DNA from: an uncultured Opitutaceae bacterium
Lineage (GTDB): Bacteria > Verrucomicrobiota > Verrucomicrobiia > Opitutales > Opitutaceae
Direction: 5' to 3'
NCBI GenBank assembly: GCA_964541315.1
Contig: CAZIQP010000003.1
Span: 1-64,000, forward strand
DNA: 64,000 bases
The position numbers and the translations under genes were made by a program. The notes under the pieces are model-generated. The model was not told the DNA's origin. It ran no database searches and saw nothing but the letters and a program-made list of their open reading frames with translations. This document shows positions 37,673 to 47,650 of the stretch, piece after piece; the stretch's first letter is position 1; every line of letters begins with the position of its first letter.

Positions 37673-38737
37673 CTATGGACCGCGTACAACAGCCGTTCCG
37701 ATTGATGGTTGAGACGGAGTGGCGTTGCGGGGTTCTTGTGTGACGAGGACTTCGGTCGGCGGTTGAGTCGCGCCGGGCAGAGTATAACTGACACGGCCCG
37801 AACCGTTGGAAGCGGGCGGCGGAACTTCGCCAAGGTTTTGATAAACGGTCGAGCCGGCTGGTTTTACCCACAATTGCAAGGTTCGATCAGGTTCAACCGG
37901 TGGCAGATTGTAGAAATTCAAATATCCCTGAGCTGACGCTTCATCGAACACGGACCAAGCATAGGGCTGGCCCAGGGACGGTGTCTGCGCCGGAAGAGTA
38001 GTTTCGGATGGAGGCAGCAATTGATTCTGCGGCTGCTGGGTTGCCGGAGACATTCCTGGTTCCAGGTTCACGATACCAGGCTCGGTCAAAAGGCCGCGGG
38101 CGATTTTCACCAAACCTTTGCGCTCCCCCCGGGCGTAACTTCCGGAATCCACGAGTTCCATCGCCGCAAACCGGCCGATGCGTTGATCGATTAGAGCACG
38201 TTGATGAAGCAGTTTGTCATATTCCGCCTGGAGCCTAGTGTGAGCATACTCAAGATTCGCATATTCGGCGCGCAGTTGTTCCAAGTGTTGCATTTCTTCG
38301 GCAACGCTGACACTCAGCGGATCATCTGTCGTCGGATTGTCGGGGATGCGCCGGCTTGTTTCCGGCCGATGACGCATCGGCTCTTGCCCTGAAATCGGGG
38401 GCGTGGAACGGAAGAGTTGCAGCAAATTTAACCCAAGTAATATGGCTGCCGCCATTGGCCAAAAGTACCGCGGCCACTTCAGGCGCTGCGGTACTTTCTC
38501 GGGGTTCGTGCTTTTGTGGGAAAGAATCGCGGCAAGGGTCGCGCGTTGGTCCGCAGGGAGCATTGCCTCGGCAGGCGCCGATTCCAGGGCGAATTGCGCC
38601 ACAATCGCGGCACACTCTGCCAGTGCCGCCCGGGCGACTGGATCACGGGCGAGCCGTGCCTCGAACGCCGCGTGATCGGCTGGGTCGAGTTTCTTGAGCA
38701 GGTAGAGGAAAGCCTCCGTATGGAAATCGTCATTCAT
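37673..38737 (-). CDS. Anti-sigma factor (RskA-like)
   Basis: N-terminal 'YLL..L...D.AAFEARL', one TM helix, coiled coil, C-terminal 'NLPP...DRTLQLW', 'VTQEP'; overlaps the sigma stop. Confidence 0.8.
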   Translation of the reverse strand: MNDDFHTEAFLYLLKKLDPADHAAFEARLARDPVARAALAECAAIVAQFALESAPAEAMLPADQRATLAAILSHKSTNPEKVPQRLKWPRYFWPMAAAILLGLNLLQLFRSTPPISGQEPMRHRPETSRRIPDNPTTDDPLSVSVAEEMQHLEQLRAEYANLEYAHTRLQAEYDKLLHQRALIDQRIGRFAAMELVDSGSYARGERKGLVKIARGLLTEPGIVNLEPGMSPATQQPQNQLLPPSETTLPAQTPSLGQPYAWSVFDEASAQGYLNFYNLPPVEPDRTLQLWVKPAGSTVYQNLGEVPPPASNGSGRVSYTLPGATQPPTEVLVTQEPRNATPSQPSIGTAVVRGP

Positions 38738-39317
38738 GGCGGGCGACGATCTGCTTCAATTTTGCCAGTCCGCGGCGCAGGTGATTTTTCACGTTTCCCA
38801 CCGGCATCCGCAGGGCCTTGGCGATTTCCGACTGGGTAAAGTCGGAGAAGAAAGCGAGCTCCAGAGCCTGTCGCTGTGGGATGGAAAGTTGGATGAGATG
38901 ATGGGCGATGCTTTCGGGCTGCTCGGGGGCCGGATACTCGGTCTCCGTCGGAAAACTCCGCAGCGTCTCATGCAGCCGTCGCCGGCGGGCGCCCTTGCGC
39001 ACCTGGTCGATGGCGGAATTTCGTGCAATGAAAACCAGCCAAGCCACCACCTCACCTCGGTCAGAACGGTAGGAGGAGGCCTGACTCCATACTTTAATGA
39101 ATGTATCCTGTACGGCTTCGCGTGCGTCTTCCGCATCCTCGAGCATTCGGCGGACGATGCCGTGCACCATGGGGGAGAATTCGGCATAGAATAGCTGCAT
39201 GGCTTCGGCATCCCCCTCGGCCAGACGGGAAACCAGCCGGCGGTGCGTTGCGTGGGCGGCAGCATCGAATTGGAACACGACGCGCGAGTGGTTACCGGGC
39301 AACTTCGTAAACTTCAA
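38730..39317 (-). CDS. ECF sigma-70 factor (SigK-like)
   Basis: GDAEAM..FY, EAVQDTFIKVW, WL..IARN.AID, LAFF...TQSEIA...PVGNVK; start uncertain. Confidence 0.9.
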   Translation of the reverse strand: MKFTKLPGNHSRVVFQFDAAAHATHRRLVSRLAEGDAEAMQLFYAEFSPMVHGIVRRMLEDAEDAREAVQDTFIKVWSQASSYRSDRGEVVAWLVFIARNSAIDQVRKGARRRRLHETLRSFPTETEYPAPEQPESIAHHLIQLSIPQRQALELAFFSDFTQSEIAKALRMPVGNVKNHLRRGLAKLKQIVARHE

Positions 39318-39338
39318 TGCTTAGTTGCACCGTACGTC

Positions 39339-40013
39339 TCAGAAATGCCAACGCAAGGCCGCCGATAGGATGTGGGCTTGTCGGTTCCAGCTTGGTTGCA
39401 ATTCAGTGTAACGATAACTAAACGCCAAGCTGCACCGTTCGCTTAACGACCACAAAACGCCGGCTGATGCCCCTAAGGAGAAATTTTCAGCGGTATGACT
39501 TGCCTGTTTGGGCGCGACGGCCGTAAAGGGTGAAATAGGTTGATCGTGGATCTCGGTGCTTAGGATCGTGCCGCGATCAGCCGCCCAGTTTAGTTCCGGT
39601 GAAAAAGTCAGTCCTAACTTGGGGCTCAGTCGCCACTTGAATTCCGGCGCCAAGCCAAGCACATGAACAGAATCATGATATTGGTTGGTGAAATTCGGTA
39701 TTAGCGGGTTGGGCACATTTGCACCTGGTGGGAGCGCAATTTGGAAAACAGATTGAGTGGTGGCGTTCAGATTCCCGATATATTGGTATGACAGCCGCAA
39801 GCTGACTGATTCTGAAAATGAATGTCCGATCGCCACAAAGGGCGCGACCTGGGATTTGTCCTCGCTCAGCACTCCCGTGGTGATAGAGCCTGTTTCATAT
39901 CGGGCTTTACGAATAAAAACATAACTGACTCCAGCCTCAGTATTGAGGCTCGATTCAGCGAATGCCGGAAGGCAGAAGATTGCAAAGAGGACGTAAGAAC
40001 GGAGCATTTTCAT
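39339..40013 (-). CDS. Outer-membrane beta-barrel protein (OmpA-like TM domain)
   Basis: Signal peptide, amphipathic beta strands, C-terminal 'ALRWHF'; AT-richer codons. Confidence 0.75.
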   Translation of the reverse strand: MKMLRSYVLFAIFCLPAFAESSLNTEAGVSYVFIRKARYETGSITTGVLSEDKSQVAPFVAIGHSFSESVSLRLSYQYIGNLNATTQSVFQIALPPGANVPNPLIPNFTNQYHDSVHVLGLAPEFKWRLSPKLGLTFSPELNWAADRGTILSTEIHDQPISPFTAVAPKQASHTAENFSLGASAGVLWSLSERCSLAFSYRYTELQPSWNRQAHILSAALRWHF

Positions 40014-40439
40014 ATGGCTGTATATTGATGGAATGGTGAATAATCAGTGGCATGCGGGAACCCGGTCTCTATTCTATACGTTTGGTCGCACCGAATTGAG
40101 TCACCGGATTGCATTATTTTTCCGGCCATTTATTCATGGGCGAATACGAGTTGGTCCAGCGCGCCTTGCATCGCTTCGGAAGCTCGCCCGGGCCGCTGAC
40201 GCCGATTCAGAATTACCACTCCTATACACACTGTTCTCGCTTGTTGCGGTCATGTATTCGTTTTTTCTTCTCATACGATTCGTGAAGGCGCACCAGCGGA
40301 TCGCCGAGTCGCTAGAAGCTATAGCCAGAAGCAAGCGATAAAATCCAGTGCTTTTCGACTCCTTCACGCGCCCGACGCGCCACGCTGTGCCAGCGAAGGT
40401 TTCGCTGCGTCGACGTTTTCGCTGTTCACCTTCGAGCGT

Positions 40440-40610
40440 ATGCGCGTCCGCAACGAAACACTTTCGTCGCCTCGGGGTCTCGCCGTCGCTGGGTCGTCCG
40501 TTTGGCGTGGACGATGATGCTGCCGATGCAGCCCCGGTGGCGACGATTTCACATGATTACTGGCAGCGGCGGTTTGCCTCCGACCCCGCGGTCGTGGGGA
40601 AACAATCACC
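40440..40610 (+). pseudogene. Fragment of a MacB/ADOP-type ABC permease
   Basis: 'LGVSPSLGRPF..DDD....PVATISHDYWQRRFASDPAVVGK'; cut off by the IS remnant. Confidence 0.7.
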
Positions 40611-40954
40611 ATAAACCGGCCAGCCAGAGCAGCGAGAGATGCTCCCGGCACGCCAGCTCCAGTTTCCGCGTGACGCGGATCCGCTGCAAGTAACCACACA
40701 GCCAGATCTTCAACAGCAGACTCGGGGCGTACGGTGCCGGCCTACGGGCGCAGGCCGGCAGGACAAACCCGAGTGCGGGCAGATCCATCTGCTCGACCAC
40801 ATCACGGATAAACCGGGCGGGACGATCTTCCGGCACCCACTCTGCCAACGATAGCGGCAACAGGAACCGCCGACTGTGATCGGGCGTGCTCGGTTGGCTC
40901 ATGCTGGAATTAGACGCACGCCCTCTTCTGAAGTTAAAGTTTTGAGACAGTCTC
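40606..40954 (-). mobile_element. IS1182-family remnant (left end plus truncated transposase 40606-40902)
   Basis: 'FLLP.SL.EWVPED.PARFI..VV..MDL', 'PYAP.LLLKIWL.GY...I...RKLE.AC'; candidate terminal IR GAGACTGTCTCAAAA at 40954-40940. Confidence 0.8.
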
Positions 40955-40991
40955 CGCGGTTGCGCCCTATCTCAAAACCATCGCGCCCTCC

Positions 40992-42059
40992 TCACCAATT
41001 GAACGATTCGTCCTTGCTGATGGATTTCGCGAACTCGACAAAGAGCTTCACGCAATTTTCCACGTCCTGCAGATCGACGACCTCGCTCGGCGTGTGCATG
41101 TACCGGAGCGGAATGGAAACCAGGCCGCACGCCACGCCGCCGCGCGCCATCTGGATGGCTCGGGCATCGGTGCCGGTGGGACGCGGATCAGCATCGAGTT
41201 GGACGGGAATTTTCGCTTTCTTGGCGCAAGCGATCAGGCGTTCAAAAACCTTGGGGTTTATGTTCGGGCCGCGGCAGATGATGGGACCGCCACCCAGCCT
41301 GGTCTCGCCAAACTTACGGTTGTCGCAATCCGGATGATCCGTAGCATGGCCGACATCGACCGCCAGTGCCACATGCGGATTCACCGCAAAAGCGGAAGTG
41401 GTCGCGCCGCGCACGCCGATTTCTTCCTGCGTGGTGGCGACGGAAACGATCTTAACGTTTAGTTTTGCCTTGGCCTTGGCGAGGCGAACCAAAGTTTCGC
41501 CGACGACATAGGCGCCGACTTTGTTGTCGAAGGCACGGGCGGTGCCGATGCTGCCGTGGATCAGTTCAAATTCATGGTCATAGGTCGCGACATCGCCGAT
41601 GCTCACGCGCTTCAGTGCCTCCGCCTTGGTCTTCGCGCCAATATCGATCCAGATTTCGTGGATCTCCGGCACCTTCTTGCGATCCGCCTCGTCCATCAGG
41701 TGAACGGCGCGCTTGCCCGTTACACCTTTGACCGGACCGGCGGATGTCTGGATGATGACGCGACGTCCGGGAATCATGATGCGGTCGTGGCCGCCAATGG
41801 TGTCGAAATAAATGAAACCATCCTTGTTGACATAGGTGATGATCAGGCCGAGTTCGTCCATGTGACCGGAGAACATCACGGTGGGGCCACCCTTGGTGTT
41901 GAGGGTGGCCAGCCGGCAGCCCAGCGCATCGTTGGCGTAGTCGTCGGCGTGCGGTTTCACGAAGCGATCGTACACCGCCTGGGCCTGCGCCTCCGCGCCC
42001 GAAGGCGACTTGGCTTTGAGCAACTCAACGAGAAATTCCGGGGCGTGATAGTCGGTCAT
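40992..42059 (-). CDS. M42-family metallopeptidase
   Basis: SPSGAE, GHMDELG, AFDNK, QEEIG.RGA, VDV, GTDA, RYMHTPSE. Confidence 0.92.
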   Translation of the reverse strand: MTDYHAPEFLVELLKAKSPSGAEAQAQAVYDRFVKPHADDYANDALGCRLATLNTKGGPTVMFSGHMDELGLIITYVNKDGFIYFDTIGGHDRIMIPGRRVIIQTSAGPVKGVTGKRAVHLMDEADRKKVPEIHEIWIDIGAKTKAEALKRVSIGDVATYDHEFELIHGSIGTARAFDNKVGAYVVGETLVRLAKAKAKLNVKIVSVATTQEEIGVRGATTSAFAVNPHVALAVDVGHATDHPDCDNRKFGETRLGGGPIICRGPNINPKVFERLIACAKKAKIPVQLDADPRPTGTDARAIQMARGGVACGLVSIPLRYMHTPSEVVDLQDVENCVKLFVEFAKSISKDESFNW

Positions 42060-42278
42060 GCCGTTATTTTCAGTTTAGAATGTGGCGCGGTGCAAGGGGA
42101 GAATCGTGCTTCAGGCCGTTGGGAGAGCGCTGATCACCTGTGCGGCGATCATGAGCGAGATGGCAAATGATCTTAAGCGGCCAATCTGGCGACGATCGTT
42201 TGGTGCCCGGTTCAAGCTCCGGGCTGCCCGGGGCTTCGACGTTGAATTTATGTGCTGTCACTGTGAGCATGCTTCGCG

Positions 42279-43001
42279 ATGGAACACCCAGATCCCAAAC
42301 CGCTCCCGGAGTTTTCGCCCGATCGGCTCTTGGGCCGCGTTGCCGAAGCCATGCAAGTCGCCCTTGATCCGGGTAAAATCAAAAAATTCCCCCTTTGGAC
42401 CCAGCGGGTGATGCGCATCTTGAGGGATCAATTTATTCCGCGCGAGTATGCCCCGGTTCTTGCGGGGGAAGGATCGCATTTCACCGAAGGAATAGCCGTG
42501 GCGTGGGCGGCCAAGGCGCGCGATCTCGCTTTGGCCCGGGGCGGCACGGACAGGCGATTCGCGCAAGAGCTGGGCAAACGGCTCGGCCTCGATGAGGAAT
42601 CGCAATCAGTCGCGATTCAGGTCGAGGCCGGTATCTTCATCACTTCGCCTGAATTTCAAAAACAGGTCCTGGACCGGCTGTTTGCGCCCGACTTTACGGC
42701 GAGACGCGCGTTTGTCGAAGGACTTGCCATGGGAAACCGGCTGCCGGAGTTGCTGGACCGGCAGGCCAAGAGCAACACCACCGATGCCACCACCATTTAT
42801 CTTTTGCTTTGGCTGTACTGGCCTGAGATTTCCAAAATGAAAAGTTTGCCCCAGGTTGCCCGGGCGCTTGAGAGCTACTACAGCGAGAACAAGAACCTGG
42901 CGGGTACCCATTGGGACGAGCGGATCCGCAAACTGGCCAATCGCATCGGATTGAGTTTCCGCGCCAAGCAAAAGCGCCGGCGACGGGTCGCACGCCCTTA
43001 G
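42279..43001 (+). CDS. Hypothetical protein (240 aa, basic C-terminus)
   Basis: Plausible globular ORF in an otherwise unoccupied region; no family recognised. Confidence 0.65.
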   Translation: MEHPDPKPLPEFSPDRLLGRVAEAMQVALDPGKIKKFPLWTQRVMRILRDQFIPREYAPVLAGEGSHFTEGIAVAWAAKARDLALARGGTDRRFAQELGKRLGLDEESQSVAIQVEAGIFITSPEFQKQVLDRLFAPDFTARRAFVEGLAMGNRLPELLDRQAKSNTTDATTIYLLLWLYWPEISKMKSLPQVARALESYYSENKNLAGTHWDERIRKLANRIGLSFRAKQKRRRRVARP

Positions 43002-43186
43002 CTGTATCCATGCAGTAGTTTTGGGTGGAACGCGGCCTCTGGATGCGCCCCAACCGCGACCGAAAAGCCAACCCGTCCAGAGGCCGGGTTCCACCTTTCA
43101 ATCCACCCGGACAACCCCGCAGCCCGCTTGTCCGGGGCAATGACGTGTCCGTTAGCAAAACAATCTCATTCTGCGAAGATGGACGC

Positions 43187-43531
43187 ATGAAGCACATCAT
43201 TCCCGTCCGGTCCTATCACGGTGTCCATGGGCTGCTCCCAGCGCGATGCCTCGCCAGAAAATTGTCCGAAGAAGAAAAAACATGTCAGGGTTTGTCTGAC
43301 CTGCCGGCAGCGGGTCATCCTTGGCCGAACCGCTATCTCAACTGGCTGGCGTGGTTTCGTGAACGCCGCGCCCGACAGGGACGTTCCCGCCGCGGCCGGC
43401 GCCGCTACCGGGGTTTTTTCTTCAAAGGCAAATCACTCTATGTGCGCGGCGATTCCGGCCATATCTACGACCAGCGTTTTCTCCGCACCAAACATCGCTC
43501 CAAGATTCAGCGGCTTTCCTACACATTATGA
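43187..43531 (+). CDS. Possible small Arg-rich hypothetical protein
   Basis: ATG 43187, 114 aa, no recognisable family. Confidence 0.3.
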   Translation: MKHIIPVRSYHGVHGLLPARCLARKLSEEEKTCQGLSDLPAAGHPWPNRYLNWLAWFRERRARQGRSRRGRRRYRGFFFKGKSLYVRGDSGHIYDQRFLRTKHRSKIQRLSYTL

Positions 43532-43735
43532 AGAGTCCTGCCTCAATCCGATGGATGGTGGTTGCGCTGCTCCTCGCGCTGATGGTCGGGACGATTATCG
43601 GTCATGCCGCCGTCGTTCCACGAAATGATATTGGGCCATGTGTTCTTCCTTTCGGCTTTTTCCCGATTGGCCAGGTGTTTCAAATCGCGGTATAAAACCG
43701 ATTCTACAGCCCAACTACAACCCGTTGCTGCAAGC

Positions 43736-45574
43736 TCAATCAAAGGCCTGCCGGGAATTGTTTTCCAGGTAGGCGGCGATTTCGTTGGTGAATAGTTCGC
43801 CGAACTCGGCGCGTTTCTTTTCGCCGACGCCGGGGATGCCTTCCAACTCGTCCACGGTCGCGGGATACTGGCGGGCCATCATGCGGAGCGTGGTGTCGCC
43901 GAAAACAATGTAGGCGGGCACGCCGCGTTCGTCGGCGAGGGTGCGGCGCAGGGTGCGGAGGCGCTCGAAGAGAATCTCGTCGCACGCGATATCGCCTTCG
44001 CGACGGGTGACGCGCTTCGCTTTGGGCAGATCCATTGGCTTTGTGAGCGTGATCGGCGTGCGGGTGCGGAGGACGTTCATGCCGGCTTCGGTTACTTCGA
44101 GCGTGGCGAATTCTCCCTCGGCAACGGCGAGGTAACCGAGCCGTGTCAACTCCCGGCCGACCGCCGCCCACGCAGGACGGGAGAGTTCCTTGCCGATACC
44201 GTAGGTGGTGAGACGGTCGTGGCCCCAGCGGCGGATTTTGTCGGTGTCGGCGCCGGTGAGGACTTCCACGATGTGATTCAGGCCAACGGTGAAACGGCTG
44301 TTTTGCTGGATGCGGTAGACGCAGGAGAGAAGTTTTTGCGCGACGATCGTACCATCGTAGGTGTCGCGTGGTTCGAGGCAATTGTCGCAGGCGCCACAAT
44401 TATCGAGCGGAAAGGTTTCGCCAAAATAGCCGAGGAGTTCGGAGCGACGGCAGCCGCCACTCTCGGCGTAATGTGTGATCTGCCGGAGCTGGGCGCGGGC
44501 GACGGCCTGCTCGTGCTCGCTGGTGATTTCGTCCAGAAAGTGGGTTTGCTTCGCGATGTCGCCGGCGCTGAAGAGCAGCAGACAGTCGCCCGGCAAACCG
44601 TCGCGTCCGGCCCGGCCGGTTTCCTGATAATAGCCCTCGATATTTTTGGGCAGATCGTGATGGATGATCCAGCGGACGTTGGGCTTGTTGATGCCCATGC
44701 CGAAGGCGATTGTGGCGCAGATGATGCGGGTGTCGTCGCGGAGAAACTGTTCCTGGTTGCGCGAGCGTTCCTCCGCCTCAAGCCCGGCGTGGTAGGCGCG
44801 GGCGGGCCAGCCGCGACTGGCAAGGGCCTCGGCAACGCGTTCGGCGGCGGCTCGACTGGCGCAATAGACTATGCCGCTCTCATGTTCACGTTTGCGGATA
44901 AAATCGATGATCTGCCTTGTCGGCTGGTCTTTCGGGATGACGCGATAGGTGAGGTTCGGACGGTTGAAACTCGCGACAAAGATCTGCGGGTTGCGGAGCT
45001 TGAGGTGCGCAATGATGTCGGCGCGCACTCGCTCGGTCGCCGTGGCCGTGAGCGCCATGACCGGTACGTCGGGCAACGCGGCGCGGAGCCGGGCGAGCTG
45101 ACGATATTCGGGACGGAAGTCGTGGCCCCACTCGGAAACGCAGTGGGCCTCGTCAATGGCAAGGCAGGTGACGTTCCATGCCTTCAGGTTCTCGACCCAG
45201 CCATCAAGCATGAGACGTTCGGGCGCGACGTAGAGCAGTTTGTATTGCCCGCGATGGAGGCCGGCGAGGCGCGAGCGCGATTCCTCGGCGTTGAGCGAGG
45301 AATTGAGAAAGGTGGCGGCTACACCGCTCGCCTGGAGTTGATCGACCTGATCCTTCATCAGGGCGATCAGCGGCGAGACGACCACGGTGAGACCGGGGCG
45401 GGCGAGGGCGGGAAGTTGAAAGCAGAGTGATTTGCCGCCTCCGGTCGGGAGCAGCGCAAAAACATCCTGATCTGCGAGAGTAGCCTCGATGATTTCGCGC
45501 TGGAGCGGGCGAAACTTCGAGTAGCCAAAGGTGCGCTTCAGGAGCGCGGCAAGGTCGGTCGATTTGGCGGGCAT
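43736..45574 (-). CDS. recQ: ATP-dependent DNA helicase RecQ
   Basis: PTGGGKS, DEAHCVSEWGHDFRP, TIAFGMGI, QETGRAGRDG, Zn cysteines, RQC and HRDC; start ATG 45574. Confidence 0.96.
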   Translation of the reverse strand: MPAKSTDLAALLKRTFGYSKFRPLQREIIEATLADQDVFALLPTGGGKSLCFQLPALARPGLTVVVSPLIALMKDQVDQLQASGVAATFLNSSLNAEESRSRLAGLHRGQYKLLYVAPERLMLDGWVENLKAWNVTCLAIDEAHCVSEWGHDFRPEYRQLARLRAALPDVPVMALTATATERVRADIIAHLKLRNPQIFVASFNRPNLTYRVIPKDQPTRQIIDFIRKREHESGIVYCASRAAAERVAEALASRGWPARAYHAGLEAEERSRNQEQFLRDDTRIICATIAFGMGINKPNVRWIIHHDLPKNIEGYYQETGRAGRDGLPGDCLLLFSAGDIAKQTHFLDEITSEHEQAVARAQLRQITHYAESGGCRRSELLGYFGETFPLDNCGACDNCLEPRDTYDGTIVAQKLLSCVYRIQQNSRFTVGLNHIVEVLTGADTDKIRRWGHDRLTTYGIGKELSRPAWAAVGRELTRLGYLAVAEGEFATLEVTEAGMNVLRTRTPITLTKPMDLPKAKRVTRREGDIACDEILFERLRTLRRTLADERGVPAYIVFGDTTLRMMARQYPATVDELEGIPGVGEKKRAEFGELFTNEIAAYLENNSRQAFD

Positions 45575-45755
45575 GGACGGGCGAAAGAAGCGGTCAGACG
45601 GGTGGAACGTGCAAGCTCTTAAAACGGGTTTTCGCGGACCATAACGGAGGCTGAGATGGAGAAAGTTGAATATTGCGTCAGGCGGATGCGTTTTCGGAGT
45701 GGTTATCTTCAGACTTTCATTTTGTTGCCGGCTCGGGCATCCCTGCGGGCTTCGT

Positions 45756-46322
45756 ATGGACATCGTATTGGAATTTGTCTCCCGGCTTTTCACCCGAGCT
45801 CCGTATTGCTATCTCTCCTGGCCGACGGGGGCGATGATCGTGGGCACATTGATCGGGATCGTGGCGAAGAAAGACGCCGAACAGCTCTCAGTGGTGCCGC
45901 GGACTGCCGGCGGATTGGTCGGGCTGGTGACGGCCCCATTTATCCACGCCAACTTCGCTCACCTCGTCGCCAATCTGCCTCCGTTCCTCGTGTTGGGGGC
46001 GTTGATGCTCCGGCGCGGTGAGAGACAGTTCTTAAACGTGGCACTGACCATCGCGCTGGGTCAGGGCATGCTGCTCTGGCTGATGGGGCGCAGGGCGGCG
46101 CATATGGGCATGAGCGGAGTGATCTTCGGGTTCTTCGGCTGGCTGATCGCGCTCGGGTGGTTCACCCGCGCCACATCGGACCTGCTCGTGGCGGGTGGCG
46201 TCCTCGTATTTTATGGCGGAATGCTTGCCGGCATCGCCCCGGCGCGCAATGGCAGTTCGTGGGAAGGGCATCTCTTCGGACTCATCGCTGGAATCGGCAC
46301 GGCCTGGGTGCAAAACCTATGA
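45756..46322 (+). CDS. Rhomboid-family intramembrane serine protease
   Basis: PFIHANFAHL..N, GMSG, SWEGHLFG. Confidence 0.88.
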   Translation: MDIVLEFVSRLFTRAPYCYLSWPTGAMIVGTLIGIVAKKDAEQLSVVPRTAGGLVGLVTAPFIHANFAHLVANLPPFLVLGALMLRRGERQFLNVALTIALGQGMLLWLMGRRAAHMGMSGVIFGFFGWLIALGWFTRATSDLLVAGGVLVFYGGMLAGIAPARNGSSWEGHLFGLIAGIGTAWVQNL

Positions 46323-46411
46323 ACGAAGCCGACCGCTGATCAATTTTGCCAATGGGCGAAATTTTAGGTCACCCCTTCGGCTAATCGTCTCCAGTTTAGG
46401 TTCCCGGGAGT

Positions 46412-46522
46412 CTGCTGATCGCAGACTGGGAATATCTGCCTGCGATCAGCAGGTGCGAAGGATTCATTTGCAGCGATGATTAGTCGCGGCTCACTTCCAA
46501 GGATTCATCTGCTGATGAATCC
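46412..46522. repeat. Cluster of inverted repeats between convergent genes
   Basis: CTGCTGATCGCAG (46412-46424) / CTGCGATCAGCAG (46440-46452); GGATTCATC-tgct-GATGAATCC (46501-46522). Confidence 0.6.
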
Positions 46523-46563
46523 CATTGGCGGTTGAAAATTCATCTATCACCTGATCCCAGGCA

Positions 46564-46965
46564 TCAGGTCTTTTTTGCCTTCGCAGGCCTGGCGGGCTTC
46601 AGTTTGATGACGGTCTGGATTTTCTCAATGAGCGTGGTGTCGTTGAACGGTTTCACCAGCATGCCGCTGATCCCCAGGGCGGCGAGCTGGGGCAAAATCA
46701 GGTGGTCCGCCCGCGAGGTGAGCATGATCACCGGGACCGCTTTGAGCGTGGGGTGAGACCGCATCAGCGTGAGCATTTCCAGACCGGTCATGATGGGCAT
46801 GCTGACGTCGAGGAGGATGAGGTCGGGCATGGTCTGCTCCATGGCGAAGAGGGCGTTGTAGCCGTTGGTCGCCTCGCGTACTTCGCAATCGAACGCGCCG
46901 AGGGCCTTCTCCACGAGAAAGCGCAGCGCCTTGGCATCATCCACCATGAGAATTTTGGGTCGCAT
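46564..46965 (-). CDS. Single-domain response regulator
   Basis: MVDD, LLDVSMP, MLTS, KPF; start ATG 46965. Confidence 0.9.
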   Translation of the reverse strand: MRPKILMVDDAKALRFLVEKALGAFDCEVREATNGYNALFAMEQTMPDLILLDVSMPIMTGLEMLTLMRSHPTLKAVPVIMLTSRADHLILPQLAALGISGMLVKPFNDTTLIEKIQTVIKLKPARPAKAKKT

Positions 46966-47050
46966 CGGTGGTGAGGAGAACCGGGTTTTCGCCGTGGTTG
47001 AACACAATTCTGTCGCGAAATCAGAATTTCCCAGTCGGTGCGAGTATGGT

Positions 47051-47650
47051 TCAAATACGATCAGCCGGAGGCGAACGGCGTGCGATCCGGACGACGCGCC
47101 ACAAATAATCGCCCACCGCCAACAGTCCGCCAAGGCAGGAGGCAAGGGCGAGCGGGTAGGTGGAGCGGGCGCTGAACAAAAGTGAAACGATCGCGGCGAA
47201 TTGGAGCACCGTGGTGAGTTTTCCCAGGAAGGTGGCGGTAAAGTCGTAGTGGAGCCAGCCGCGGAAAACCGGCAGCAGCTTGTAACCCAGCACGGTGGGG
47301 ATTTGCACCAGTTCCCGGGTGCAGACCAGGAGCAGGAGGTTTAAGGTGAGGCCACGCTCGATAAAGAGGGCGATCAGGACAACACCGACAAAAATCTTGT
47401 CGCACACGGGATCAAGCCAGGCCCCGCGGCCAGTGGGAGGCGACGACGTCTGATCCTTGCGACCGAGACGAGCGAATTTCCCGTCGAGGATATCAGTGGC
47501 ACCGGCGACAATCATCACGGTCAAAGGTGCCCAAGTCGTCTCGGGCCGGCCATGCAGCGTCAGCCAGAACACGCCGGCCAACGGCACGCGCGAGAGCGAC
47601 ATAACGTTCGCGAGCGTGAAGAACCGGTCAGCATCGGGAGCGGCTTTCAT
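47051..47650 (-). CDS. CDP-alcohol phosphatidyltransferase (PgsA-like)
   Basis: TLAN..SLSR, TDILDG.FAR...GAWLDPVCDK, GKLTTVLQ; start ATG 47650. Confidence 0.88.
   Translation of the reverse strand: MKAAPDADRFFTLANVMSLSRVPLAGVFWLTLHGRPETTWAPLTVMIVAGATDILDGKFARLGRKDQTSSPPTGRGAWLDPVCDKIFVGVVLIALFIERGLTLNLLLLVCTRELVQIPTVLGYKLLPVFRGWLHYDFTATFLGKLTTVLQFAAIVSLLFSARSTYPLALASCLGGLLAVGDYLWRVVRIARRSPPADRI

Noticed and set aside
40033..40341. 102-aa ORF with a C-terminal TM helix
   Set aside because: Only the C-terminal third looks protein-like; probably a fragment, too weak to annotate.
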